A stretch of 61,078 bases of DNA from Minisyncoccota bacterium (GTDB lineage: Bacteria > Patescibacteriota > Minisyncoccia > Phycocordibacterales > DATDSR01): positions 1 through 61,078 of the forward strand of contig DATDVE010000019.1 of the NCBI GenBank assembly GCA_036517655.1, written 5' to 3'. Position 1 is the first letter of the stretch. Every line of letters starts with the position of its first letter. The position numbers and the translations under genes were made by a program. The notes beneath the pieces are model-generated. The model was not told the origin of the DNA. It ran no database searches and was given only the letters and a program-made list of their open reading frames with translations. Positions 16,540 through 26,245 of this stretch are shown in pieces.

Positions 16540-19500
16540 CTATTCTCTGGATTTCTCCTTTGACTTCGGACTTGCGTTCTTCCAACCGGTTCCAGCGGGT
16601 ATTAAGCGACCTATTAACACATTCTCCTTCAATCCATCCAACCGATCCACTCCTCCGCGCAGAGCCACCGACGTAAGGGTGCGCTGTGTGTTCTCGAATG
16701 AAGCGGCGGCCAAGAAGGAAGACGTCGTCATAGAGACATCGGATATACCAAGCAGGGTGTCTTCCGACTGCGCCTTCTTGCCGCCCTTGCTTACCGTAAA
16801 CTCATTTTCCTCGATCAATTCACCCGCACTCACAATTTCGCCTTTGGCGAAAACTGTATCACCGGCATCTTTTATACGCTTGCGGCTGAACATCTGACGA
16901 ACAATAACTTCTATATGCTTGCGTGAGATAACCGCTCCTTGCGATGAGTAAATCTCATGGATAACTTCCAGAATATGATTCTCTGCCTCGATCCGCCCAG
17001 ACATTTCAAAGAGAAGCGAGATATCCACTGGTCCATCCGTCAGAATATCTCCCTTCTTAACAAGTGCGCCCTTCTTGACCAGAATAGTGCGATTACGTGG
17101 GGCAGTATATTCTTCGCGTTCATCTTTACTTTTCCCGCGCGATGCAGGATCTGTGAGAATAGAGATAACTTGTTCCTCATCGCCCGTTCTTATATCTACC
17201 ACTTCACCATCTACACCAGAGATGACGCTCGGATTCTTGGGTAGGCGCTTCTCGAAAATCTCTTCGACTCTGGGCAAACCGGTAGTAATGTCACCCTGAT
17301 CAGTAGCCACGCCTCCCTGGTGGAATGTTCTCATAGTAAGCTGCGTACCCGGTTCGCCGATGGCCTGGGCGGCCACTACTCCAACTGCTTCCCCAAGTTC
17401 CACCAAAGCATTCCTGCCCATATCAAGACCGTAACATTTGCGGCAGAGACCTTCGAGGGTCTTGCAGGAAAGTGGCGAACGCACAATGACCTCGCTCGTG
17501 CCGGTCGCATCAATCAAGGCCGCCTCGCGCTTAAAGATCAATTCTCCTTTCTTCAGAACTCCCTTTACGTCAGAGAGCAATACTCGGCCTCGAATATCAG
17601 CGGCAAAGTTAGAATGCACGTGGCCACTAGCCGCGCGCTTGATTACCCTTCCCACTGTGTCTCCACAATCCTCTTCGCTGATAATCAGACTGTCGGCAAC
17701 ATAAACTAATTTGCGTGTTAGATAGCCGGCCTTGGCTGTGTTAAGGGCCGTATCTGTTAGACCTTTTCTGGCACCGTGAGTAGTGATGAAATATTCGAGA
17801 GGCGAGAGCCCTTCCATGTAAGAAGGGATCACTGGGAAGTTGATGGTGCGACCGGAGGGGTTAACGATAAGACCCTTCATGCCCGCCATCTGCGAAACGT
17901 TTATTATTTTTCCTCTTGCACCGGATGTTAGCATGCTTACTACAGAGCCGTCCGCCTCAAGTGTAGTCGGCAAAATCTTGTCGAGCTTATTTTTTGCTTC
18001 CTGCCACACCTCGATAGACATTCTGTACTTCTCCTCATCAGAGATAAAGCCTTCGCTGAATTTGTCTTCTATTGTAGCCACCTTCTTCTTGGCTTCGGCA
18101 ATAATACCTTTCTTCTCATCTGGTACACGCACCGCATCAATACCCCAGCTAATACCGCTTTTCTTGGCGTAGAGGAATCCAGACTTCTTGACGTTATCGA
18201 GTATCGCGGGCAATTCGCTCAAACCGTAGCGAGCGATAAGATCATCTACTATCTCGGACATATCCTTGGCGGTCACTGGCTTGTTGATGTAGGGGAAATC
18301 GTCCGGCAAGAAACTGTTGAAGCGCAAGCGACCCACTGAAGTGCGGAAGGGCTTGTTCTCGAAGGCGCCAAATTTCTCTTTCTCTGTTGGCAAAACCATA
18401 ATCTCCTCGCGCAGGTTGATCTGGCGGTAATCGTACGAAGCAATCGCAGCATTGGGGCTTGAGAAATACTTGAGCGATTTGACATCCACGTCATGACCAA
18501 TAGTTTTAGTCATCCAATAACAACCGAGAATAATGTCGAGCAGTTTGAACTTGGCCAGCACCTCGTTGTTACCTGGACCAAGCAAGTTCTTCTCTGATGC
18601 CATAATCTCGTCAGCCTCTTTCTGGGCTGCATTTGACAGGGGAAGGTGAACGGCCATCTGGTCACCGTCGAAGTCGGCATTAAAAGCGCTACAAACTAAT
18701 GGATGCACCTGAATAGCATTTCCTTCTATTAGTACCGGCTTGAAGGCCTGTACGCCGAGTCTGTGTAGTGTGGGCGCGCGGTTAAGCAAGACGCGCTTGT
18801 CGCGAATGACGTCTTCGAGAATTTCCCAAACTTCTGGAATACCTTCATCGATCAATTTACCTGCGCCCCTGATGTTAAAGGCAAGCTCTCTCTCTAGTAA
18901 TTTGCTAATTACGAATGGCCTGAATAATTCTAGTGCCATGTGCTTGGGCAGGCCGCATTGAGACAACTTCAATTCCGGACCTACGACAATTACTGAACGG
19001 CCCGAATAGTCCACCCGCTTACCCAGAAGATTCTGCCTAAATCTGCCGTGTTTGCCTTTTAGGTTATCAGAAAGTGACTTGAGTGGTCGGCGTTGGGCTT
19101 GTGAGACAGCGCCCGTTGCTTTGTGAATCGAGTTGTCTATGAGTGCATCAACCGCTTCTTGCAATATACGTTTCTCGTTGCGCAAGATTACATCCGGAGC
19201 GCTAAGCTCGAGAAGTTTCTTAAGTCTGTTGTTGCGATTAATTACGCGCCTATATAGATCGTTGATATCGGAAGTTGCATGCCGACCACCATCAAGGGCC
19301 ACCATCGGCCGCAAGGCAGGAGGGATTACAGGGATGACCTTGAGAAACATCCACTCGGGACGCACAGACCCTCGGCGGAGGGATTTGAGCAGATTGAGGC
19401 GGCGCTCTATTCTTGGCTTCTCGCTTGCATTGCCTTGTTCATACTCAGCCTTGCTCGATTCGTACATTTTGTCGAGATCAAGCGATCGGAAAATATTGTA

Positions 19501-20196
19501 CACAGCCTCGGCCCCGATCTCCGCCTCGAAGACATGCCCATACTTCATCGAATACTTGTGATAAGAAACTTCGTCAAGCACTTTCCAGCGCTTTAGCATA
19601 TCAAGCTCCCCCTTGGCATCCGAGAGCGACTGCTTGAGACGTTCTCGTGCCTCATCGCTCCGAAGGGTTTTGTACTTGGCTTTATATTCGGTGTCGAGCT
19701 CTTTGTAGACTTTGTCCTTCTCTGCTTCGTTCACCTTCGTGACAATATAACCAGAGAAATAAACTACTTTCTCAAGATCTGCGACCGGCACGCCAAGGAG
19801 CACGCCCATGCGCGAAGGTATACCCTTCAAGAACCAGACATGTGCCACCGGCGAGGCAAGCTCAATGTGACCCATGCGCTCGCGACGCACAATACTGCGA
19901 GTTACTTCCACGCCACACTTCTCGCAGATAATATCTTTATAGCGTATGCGACGATATTTCCCGCAGTAACATTCATAATCTTTCTCCGGCCCAAAGATAG
20001 CCTCGTCGAAAAGTCCCTTGCGCTCTGATCTTTGTGTACGGTAGTTAACAGTCTCTGGTTTTGTAACTTCGCCATATGACCATTCTTTTATACGCTCGGG
20101 CGAAGCAAGTCGCAGAGTAATAGCGTTGAAGTCAATCGGCTCCTTGACGTGAGCATTCGCGGCAGTGCTTGTCCCATGTGCTTTGTATGTTTCCAT
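16540..20196 (-). CDS. rpoC: RNA polymerase beta' subunit
   Basis: Contains NADFDGDQMAVH, the zinc motif CYCGKY..CEKCG, and the trigger-loop region. Confidence 0.97.
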   Translation of the reverse strand: METYKAHGTSTAANAHVKEPIDFNAITLRLASPERIKEWSYGEVTKPETVNYRTQRSERKGLFDEAIFGPEKDYECYCGKYRRIRYKDIICEKCGVEVTRSIVRRERMGHIELASPVAHVWFLKGIPSRMGVLLGVPVADLEKVVYFSGYIVTKVNEAEKDKVYKELDTEYKAKYKTLRSDEARERLKQSLSDAKGELDMLKRWKVLDEVSYHKYSMKYGHVFEAEIGAEAVYNIFRSLDLDKMYESSKAEYEQGNASEKPRIERRLNLLKSLRRGSVRPEWMFLKVIPVIPPALRPMVALDGGRHATSDINDLYRRVINRNNRLKKLLELSAPDVILRNEKRILQEAVDALIDNSIHKATGAVSQAQRRPLKSLSDNLKGKHGRFRQNLLGKRVDYSGRSVIVVGPELKLSQCGLPKHMALELFRPFVISKLLERELAFNIRGAGKLIDEGIPEVWEILEDVIRDKRVLLNRAPTLHRLGVQAFKPVLIEGNAIQVHPLVCSAFNADFDGDQMAVHLPLSNAAQKEADEIMASEKNLLGPGNNEVLAKFKLLDIILGCYWMTKTIGHDVDVKSLKYFSSPNAAIASYDYRQINLREEIMVLPTEKEKFGAFENKPFRTSVGRLRFNSFLPDDFPYINKPVTAKDMSEIVDDLIARYGLSELPAILDNVKKSGFLYAKKSGISWGIDAVRVPDEKKGIIAEAKKKVATIEDKFSEGFISDEEKYRMSIEVWQEAKNKLDKILPTTLEADGSVVSMLTSGARGKIINVSQMAGMKGLIVNPSGRTINFPVIPSYMEGLSPLEYFITTHGARKGLTDTALNTAKAGYLTRKLVYVADSLIISEEDCGDTVGRVIKRAASGHVHSNFAADIRGRVLLSDVKGVLKKGELIFKREAALIDATGTSEVIVRSPLSCKTLEGLCRKCYGLDMGRNALVELGEAVGVVAAQAIGEPGTQLTMRTFHQGGVATDQGDITTGLPRVEEIFEKRLPKNPSVISGVDGEVVDIRTGDEEQVISILTDPASRGKSKDEREEYTAPRNRTILVKKGALVKKGDILTDGPVDISLLFEMSGRIEAENHILEVIHEIYSSQGAVISRKHIEVIVRQMFSRKRIKDAGDTVFAKGEIVSAGELIEENEFTVSKGGKKAQSEDTLLGISDVSMTTSSFLAAASFENTQRTLTSVALRGGVDRLDGLKENVLIGRLIPAGTGWKNASPKSKEKSRE

Positions 20197-20208
20197 ATTG
20201 TGTATTTT

Positions 20209-23200
20209 CTACATTCGTTTAAGCTCGACGTCGAGGGCGAGACCTCTAAGTTCGTTTAAGAGCACAGAGAACGAGGCTGGCAAATTAATCTGGCCTATGT
20301 CTTCGCCTCTTACAATCGAATCGAAGGCAGCCGAGCGACCCACGATATCGTCTGACTTAATAGTTAGCATCTCGCGCAATACGTGCGAGGCGCCGTAGCC
20401 TTCCAGAGCCCAGACTTCCATCTCGCCGAATCTCTGACCTCCGCCCTGCGCGCGGCCACCAAGGGGCTGTTGAGTAATTAGTGAATATGGGCCAATACTG
20501 CGCATGTGGATCTTGTCCTCCACCATGTGGTGCAGTTTAAGTAAGTACATATAACCCACAGCCACGTCCTGTTCGAATGACTCGCCTGTCTGGGCATCGA
20601 AGAGCTTGACCTGGCCGTTGCTTGGCAAACCTGCCTTGACCAACTCTTCTTTAATCTCATCCGCTGTGGCACCGATAAATGTTGGCGTGACAGCCTGATA
20701 GTTTAAGGTGTGGGCGGCCATACCCAAGTGCATCTCCAGGATCTGACCCAAGTTCATGCGGCTTGGTACGCCAAGCGGAGTGAGCACTATGTCAACTGGC
20801 GTGCCATCTGCCATATAAGGCATATCCTCTTCAGGCAAAACGCGAGAGACAACGCCCTTGTTACCGTGCCTGCCAGATAATTTGTCACCAACTGTTACAT
20901 TTCGGAGTTGGGCAACTTCGATATAAACGCGTTTGATAATGCCGGACTCGAGTTTGTCGCCGTGGTCTCGGGAGAAAACTTTAACTCCCACTATTCTTCC
21001 TCTTTTCCCATGTTCCATTCTAAGCGAAGAGTCTTTGACATCGCGGGCCTTCTCTCCGAAAATGCTGCGCAAGAGTCGCTCCTCGGGAGTTAGTTCTGTT
21101 TCGCCCTTGGGAGTGATCTTGCCAACTAATATGTCATTGGGGCCAACTTCGGCACCGATACGCACAACACCTTCTTCGTCAAGATTTTTTAATTTAGATT
21201 CACTGACATTGGGAATATCGTGAGTTGTGACTTCAGGCCCAAGTTTAGTATCACGCACATCGCACACAAATTCTTCAATATGGATGCTGGCAAACTTGGA
21301 ATCCTTAACAAGTCGTTCTGATATGACAATAGCATCTTCGTAGTTAGCGCCGGCCCACGATAGGAATGCGACGAGCACGTTCTGACCAATTGCAATCTCC
21401 CCCCCTACAGAGGTCGAAGTATCAGCAAGTAATTCGCCACGTTTAACGTGCGCGCCAAGATTGACCACTGGTCGCTGATGGAAAATCGTGAACTGATTTG
21501 AGCGAGAGAAATTAACAATAGGATAAACGCGCGTCTTGCTGTTCTCTGTCTCCTTGATCGAAATCTTCCTGGCGTCTACTCCTACCACCTCGCCAGCCTC
21601 CTTGGCCAAGATCAGGCGTCCGCTTGAACCAGCTGCCGTTGCCTCAATGCCTGTGGCCACAAGTGGCGCTTCGGGCACGATGCAGGGCGTTGCCTGCTTC
21701 TGCATGTTAGAACCCATGAGCGCACGGTTAGCATCGTCGTGTTCAAGGAACGGAATCATTGCCGTGGCAAGGGAGAAAGCCTCGTAGGGCGCAACATCTA
21801 TAAATTCAACTTCACTACGCGGCACAACTGTCGGGTTACCTGCGGCGCGGATTTCTACCTCCTCACTTGTGATCATCCCGTCCTCATCATAGCGAGTGGC
21901 TCCATGAGCAATCTTATGAGCCTCCTCGTCGAAGGCGTTCATGTAGACAATTTCCTTTGTCACCTTGCCGTTTACAACCTTCGCATATGGCACCTCGATA
22001 ATGCCAAGTTCATTGACTCGCGCATACGAAGAAAGTGTGAGGATCAGACCGATATTCGGGCCTTCAGGAGTCTGCACCGGACAGACACGACCATAATGCG
22101 AGGTGTGTACGTCACGCACTTCATAGCCTGCACGTTCGCGGGTCAGACCTCCCGGACCGAGAGCACTCATGCGACGCAAGTGTTCGATCTCTGATAAAAT
22201 ATTTTCCTGGCCCATAAACTGGGACAGTTGGTTGGTGGTGAAAAACTCTTTGACCCGCGCCTGCAGGGGTCGGGTTGTAATGAATTGAACGGGCATAGAT
22301 GTCTCTGCGTCCATGGTAGACATTCTGTCTTGAACGTTGCGCTTGATCTGAGCCATACCTAGGCGCAATTTCTGCTGCAGCATTTCCCCGACGGAACGCA
22401 CACGGCGGGATCCTAGGTGATCGATGTCGTCTTCGCTTGCATCCGGATCGCCCGAGAGCTTAATAATGTGCGTAACGATAGTGACAATGTCCTCAAATGA
22501 TAGAGTTTTCTTGGTCACCGCTTTGGCCGAAGTATCCTTGCCGAAACGCTCATTGAAGCGGAATCGCCCAACTACGGACAAATCGTATTTCTCCTCGCCG
22601 AATAGACCAGTAATGAAAGCTTCAGCCGTCTCGGCTGTGGCCAAATCTCCTTCGCGTAACTTAGAGTAGACCTCAATGAGTGAATCACCGCGGGTCTTGG
22701 CCGCATCTTTAGCAAAAGTGTTCGTAAGATGCGGATTGTCTTTGGCAACATCCCCGAAGGCCGCAAGAATCTCCTCATCACTCTTGTCTGTGAAGGCACG
22801 CAGGAGTGACGAGACTGGGAACTTACGCTTCTTGTCTACGCGCACATATATAATATCGTCTTGTTCAGTCTCTATCTCAATCCAAGCGCCACGGGCCGGG
22901 ATAATCTTGGCTCCGAAGTGGCGCCGGCCCTTGAGAAAATTCTGAGTGAATATTACGCCGAATGAGCGAGCCAATTGCGGCACGATCACACGCTCCACTC
23001 CGTTGATGATAAAAGTTCCGTGTCCAGTCTGGAGCGGAAAGTCGAGCATGAAAATTTCCTGATCCTTGGAAGTACCCAAGGTCTTGTTATTGAGTCTCAC
23101 CTTAACCCGAAGAGGCGTCTCGTATGTGAGCTTCTGCTCCTTGGCGTGATACTCATCGTACTTCGGTTCATCGAGTGTGAAGTCTAGAAATTCGAGAGAG

Positions 23201-23367
23201 AACTTCTTTCCCGAATAGTCACTTATAGGAGTAAACTCCTTGAAGACTTCCGCAAGTCCCTCCTTCACCAGCCACTCGTATGAGCGTGTCTGAACCTCGA
23301 CAAGATTCGGCAAGGGCAATAGGGGTTCTTTAAAGCGCGAGAAATACTTCTTTTGCAGTTTTTGCAT
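20209..23367 (-). CDS. rpoB: RNA polymerase beta subunit
   Basis: Rif-region FFTTNQLSQFMGQENILSEIEHLRRMSALGPGGL, GRHGNKGVVS and QRFGEMEVWALE are present. Confidence 0.97.
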   Translation of the reverse strand: MQKLQKKYFSRFKEPLLPLPNLVEVQTRSYEWLVKEGLAEVFKEFTPISDYSGKKFSLEFLDFTLDEPKYDEYHAKEQKLTYETPLRVKVRLNNKTLGTSKDQEIFMLDFPLQTGHGTFIINGVERVIVPQLARSFGVIFTQNFLKGRRHFGAKIIPARGAWIEIETEQDDIIYVRVDKKRKFPVSSLLRAFTDKSDEEILAAFGDVAKDNPHLTNTFAKDAAKTRGDSLIEVYSKLREGDLATAETAEAFITGLFGEEKYDLSVVGRFRFNERFGKDTSAKAVTKKTLSFEDIVTIVTHIIKLSGDPDASEDDIDHLGSRRVRSVGEMLQQKLRLGMAQIKRNVQDRMSTMDAETSMPVQFITTRPLQARVKEFFTTNQLSQFMGQENILSEIEHLRRMSALGPGGLTRERAGYEVRDVHTSHYGRVCPVQTPEGPNIGLILTLSSYARVNELGIIEVPYAKVVNGKVTKEIVYMNAFDEEAHKIAHGATRYDEDGMITSEEVEIRAAGNPTVVPRSEVEFIDVAPYEAFSLATAMIPFLEHDDANRALMGSNMQKQATPCIVPEAPLVATGIEATAAGSSGRLILAKEAGEVVGVDARKISIKETENSKTRVYPIVNFSRSNQFTIFHQRPVVNLGAHVKRGELLADTSTSVGGEIAIGQNVLVAFLSWAGANYEDAIVISERLVKDSKFASIHIEEFVCDVRDTKLGPEVTTHDIPNVSESKLKNLDEEGVVRIGAEVGPNDILVGKITPKGETELTPEERLLRSIFGEKARDVKDSSLRMEHGKRGRIVGVKVFSRDHGDKLESGIIKRVYIEVAQLRNVTVGDKLSGRHGNKGVVSRVLPEEDMPYMADGTPVDIVLTPLGVPSRMNLGQILEMHLGMAAHTLNYQAVTPTFIGATADEIKEELVKAGLPSNGQVKLFDAQTGESFEQDVAVGYMYLLKLHHMVEDKIHMRSIGPYSLITQQPLGGRAQGGGQRFGEMEVWALEGYGASHVLREMLTIKSDDIVGRSAAFDSIVRGEDIGQINLPASFSVLLNELRGLALDVELKRM

Positions 23368-23490
23368 ATAAAGATAAAAAGAAAATTACCCCAGTAAAAT
23401 CTTGCTAGGGCACTTTATCCTCCCTAATTATTCTCTTGTTTCTTCACGCCCAATTTCTCGATCGAATCACTATCAAAACTTGTAAACACC

Positions 23491-23518
23491 ATTATAAACG
23501 ACCCATGTTTATTGTCAA
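23491..23518 (-). promoter_or_regulatory. Consensus sigma70 promoter upstream of rpoB
   Basis: Minus strand reads TTGACA (23513-23518), 16 nt, TATAAT (23491-23496), about 120 nt upstream of the rpoB ATG. Confidence 0.6.
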
Positions 23519-23563
23519 GCACCCCACATGTCAATCCCCCAAATCTGTGGAAAACCCACGTTT

Positions 23564-23584
23564 GTTGGATACCCGGTATCCAAC
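23564..23584. repeat. REP-like 21-nt palindrome, copy 1
   Basis: GTTGGATACC-C-GGTATCCAAC. It ends 2 nt before the RAYT stop codon. Confidence 0.85.
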
Positions 23585-23585
23585 G

Positions 23586-24233
23586 TTATTCCTCAAGTAA
23601 TAAATTTTTGAGCTCTTCATAATCAGCTCTTTTTGATTTCATATGTACGAGATTTTCTTGGGAAAAATCTTCGTACTCCTGCTTATTTTTAAACTGCGCT
23701 AGGATAATATCCTTCTTGCACATGTTGCCTGTATCGCTAATATATTCATCCCAGCTCGACCGTACAAGTTTATTTAATTCACCTGACAGATTATGAACTT
23801 TATTATTCAGATTTATGTAACTACTTAGGTGCAACAGATGCTCATTACTTTCTATATGTTTTACCTTAAACTGACCTTCGAACAGAGAGCCTGTCCTGTG
23901 ATGCTTGAGATTAAAGTAGTTCGCGTAGCCACCCAACCTTTTCATGAACTTACTTATACCATCATCTTTAAGAGGAGATAGCAGGAAGTGGAAGTGATTG
24001 GGATTTAAGCAATAACAAACTATGTCAACTAGTCTTTTTCTAGGTTTTATTCTCTCTGCCTCACTTAGTCTTGCGTGCTCAAAAATACTCCAAACAGGAT
24101 CCTCAGAGTTATAGAGATCCAAACCAAGAATAAACCTCTCGGAGTCTGCCTTATCCATAACAATTTGACGATGATCCACGCCACGATTATAAACATGGTA
24201 AAACTCACCTTGAGCAAAACTGATCTTTCTCAT
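23586..24233 (-). CDS. REP-associated tyrosine transposase (RAYT, IS200/IS605 Y1 transposase-like, COG1943)
   Basis: YHVYNRGVDHRQIV, the HUH motif CLNPNHFHFLLSP, GSLFEGQFK, and the catalytic-Tyr region SSYINLNNKVH. It is flanked by the palindrome. Confidence 0.8.
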   Translation of the reverse strand: MRKISFAQGEFYHVYNRGVDHRQIVMDKADSERFILGLDLYNSEDPVWSIFEHARLSEAERIKPRKRLVDIVCYCLNPNHFHFLLSPLKDDGISKFMKRLGGYANYFNLKHHRTGSLFEGQFKVKHIESNEHLLHLSSYINLNNKVHNLSGELNKLVRSSWDEYISDTGNMCKKDIILAQFKNKQEYEDFSQENLVHMKSKRADYEELKNLLLEE

Positions 24234-24248
24234 AAGAGGATTCTACCT

Positions 24249-24269
24249 GTTGGATACCGGGTATCCAAC
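24249..24269. repeat. REP-like palindrome, copy 2
   Basis: GTTGGATACC-G-GGTATCCAAC. It lies between the RAYT start (24233) and the NUDIX stop (24287). Confidence 0.85.
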
Positions 24270-24286
24270 AGTGGACTGCGGATATG

Positions 24287-24781
24287 TTATCTGGAATCCC
24301 AGTAAATACAGGATCCTGAATTTATCGCCTTCAGGGCGCGTTCAACCCTAGATCCAATGTTTGAACCACATAGTTTGTATACCTCTTTGTGATTCACAAA
24401 CTCATATGCTTTTATTTCATCTGCTTGTAGCTTAATTTTTCTTTTATCTGCTTCGCTAAGTACTCCGCCTAAGAACACGAAATGAAGCATCTCTTCTTTT
24501 TCGATCTGCGTATGTCGATAGTCAACACCAACCAAGCGTGGGTCCTTAAGTTCTAGTCCAAGTTCTTCTTTAGTCTCACGAATAGCGGCCTCGAGCGGTG
24601 ACTCATTTTCTTCAATTCCCCCGCCTGGTACTTCCCAGTTTTCCTTATAGGTAGTTTCGAGTACGAGGACGTTTCCTAGCTCGTCAGGAAAAACAACAGT
24701 CGAAGACATCAACTTCCTGTTTCTTTTTGCCAAATACTGAGCTCGTTCATCTAGGCTAAATAGCTTCATGTATTTATCCAT
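24287..24781 (-). CDS. NUDIX hydrolase
   Basis: Nudix box GGGIEENESPLEAAIRETKEELGLE. Confidence 0.85.
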   Translation of the reverse strand: MDKYMKLFSLDERAQYLAKRNRKLMSSTVVFPDELGNVLVLETTYKENWEVPGGGIEENESPLEAAIRETKEELGLELKDPRLVGVDYRHTQIEKEEMLHFVFLGGVLSEADKRKIKLQADEIKAYEFVNHKEVYKLCGSNIGSRVERALKAINSGSCIYWDSR

Positions 24782-24802
24782 GTTGGATACCGGGTATCCA
24801 AC
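24782..24802. repeat. REP-like palindrome, copy 3
   Basis: Identical to copy 2. It occupies almost the whole 24-nt gap between the NUDIX ATG (24781) and the trmD stop (24806). Confidence 0.85.
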
Positions 24803-24805
24803 TAT

Positions 24806-25462
24806 TTACTTTTTATTCATTTTGGTCAGGCGCCAGGACTCGATGTTTCTATGGTGACCGGATAGGAGAATTTTGGGCACTTTGTATGTTTTGCCTCTAA
24901 ATTTGAAGGACTCTGGGCGGGTGTACACTTCGCCGCTTGCTACTCTTGATTCTTCGAGCGACTCACTCTTGCCAAGCACTCCCGGGATCCGGCGCGTGAT
25001 TGCATCTATCATGATCATGGCTGGCAGCTCCCCGCCAGTTAACGTGTACGGCCCTACAGAAATTTCTTCGGCTTTCAAAATCTTTTTAACCCGCGCATCA
25101 ATGCCCTCGTAATGCCCTGCTATCACCACAATCTCTTTATACTTCTTCGCCCACTTCGCTGCCATCTCATTAGTAAACTGCCGCCCTCTTGGATTTGTGA
25201 TTACAATTTTTAGTTCTGGTTTTGCACTTTTCGTTTTGAGTTTTGCGATTGCTCTCAAAATTGGTTCAGCTTTCAGCACCATCCCAGGACCGCCACCGTA
25301 TGGCCGATCGTCTGCTCGTCTATGCTTGTCGCGCGTGAACTCTCGGGGATTAATTATCTCTATTTTTATCTTATTATCCTTTTGCGCCTTCCAGAGCATC
25401 GAACTCTCAAGATACGGCTTGACAGCCTCTGGAAACAGAGTCAGTATCGTGAATTTCATCAT
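24806..25462 (-). CDS. trmD: tRNA (guanine37-N1)-methyltransferase
   Basis: MKFTILTLFPE.., DDRPYGGGPGMVL and GHYEGIDARV are present. Confidence 0.95.
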   Translation of the reverse strand: MMKFTILTLFPEAVKPYLESSMLWKAQKDNKIKIEIINPREFTRDKHRRADDRPYGGGPGMVLKAEPILRAIAKLKTKSAKPELKIVITNPRGRQFTNEMAAKWAKKYKEIVVIAGHYEGIDARVKKILKAEEISVGPYTLTGGELPAMIMIDAITRRIPGVLGKSESLEESRVASGEVYTRPESFKFRGKTYKVPKILLSGHHRNIESWRLTKMNKK

Positions 25463-25490
25463 CTCGGATTTCGTGCTTTGAGTTTCGTGC

Positions 25491-25826
25491 TTAGCCTAAA
25501 TTTAGATCTGCCATGGCCTCATCAACCGTTTTCATAACGGGCGTAGTTGAGAGCGCTGGTCGTTCTGGACGAGTACTGCCTTCTGGTTCGTTGATCTTTA
25601 GGTTTACTCTTGCGCCGTTCTTGATACCCACTACACGCAGTATAGTCCTGATAGCTTTAGCCGTGTTGCCCATCTTACCAATAATCTTGCCCATGTCCTC
25701 CGGATGCACATCAAGACTAAGTAACACTCCTCTTTCGTCGATAGTACGAGTAATCTTGACCGCTTCTGGGTGATCTACGAGTGCTTTAGTCACGTATTCC
25801 AGTACCTGTTGGTCCTGTTCTGTCAT
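25491..25826 (-). CDS. KH-domain RNA-binding protein (KhpA/YlqC-like)
   Basis: LVDHPEAVKITRTIDERGVLLSLDVHPEDMGKIIGKMGNTAKAIRTI. It occupies the classical rpsP-KH-trmD position. Confidence 0.8.
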   Translation of the reverse strand: MTEQDQQVLEYVTKALVDHPEAVKITRTIDERGVLLSLDVHPEDMGKIIGKMGNTAKAIRTILRVVGIKNGARVNLKINEPEGSTRPERPALSTTPVMKTVDEAMADLNLG

Positions 25827-25860
25827 AGCCGTAATAACTAATTATAATAAAGAAATTGTA

Positions 25861-26208
25861 CTACGCAGCTGGAGTCTCGGCAACAACCTCTTCTGTTTGT
25901 GCAGTTTGTGCAGTTTCCGGCTTCTTGACTATCTTAGCCGGTCTAACATCTCTCTTCTTGCCAGCTACAATTCCCTCGCGCACGAGTAGGTTATGCAAAG
26001 TGCCCGAGGCTTGCGCTCCCACAGATAACCAGTATTTAACCCTTTCAGCATTAACCTGCAGGTCCTTACCCTTTTCTAATCTCGCATCGTAATGCCCTAC
26101 TTCCTCGACATTCTTACCAGCCTTGGGGCCTGACTCTTTTTCAGTCACCACAATACGATAAGAAGGATCATGCCTACGCCCCACGCGTTGTAATCTAATC
26201 ATTAACAT
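25861..26208 (-). CDS. rpsP: 30S ribosomal protein S16
   Basis: MLMIRLQRVGRRHDPSYRIVV. Start 26208 is chosen because the longer ORF (to 26295) would overlap the rnr start and has no S16-like N-terminus. Confidence 0.9.
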   Translation of the reverse strand: MLMIRLQRVGRRHDPSYRIVVTEKESGPKAGKNVEEVGHYDARLEKGKDLQVNAERVKYWLSVGAQASGTLHNLLVREGIVAGKKRDVRPAKIVKKPETAQTAQTEEVVAETPAA

Positions 26209-26228
26209 AACCCAAACACTATCAGAAA

Positions 26229-26237
26229 TGCTATAAT
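26229..26237 (+). promoter_or_regulatory. Extended -10 box (TGcTATAAT) 8 nt upstream of the rnr ATG
   Basis: TGCTATAAT at 26229-26237 and ATG at 26246. No SD is present, which implies a leaderless or near-leaderless mRNA. Confidence 0.45.
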
Positions 26238-26245
26238 CTCGCAAC

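Larger units (their letters stand above)
23564..24802 (-). mobile_element. REP/RAYT module: Y1 transposase-like gene plus a NUDIX gene bracketed by three identical palindromes
   Basis: See the component features at 23564, 23586, 24249 and 24782. Confidence 0.7.
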
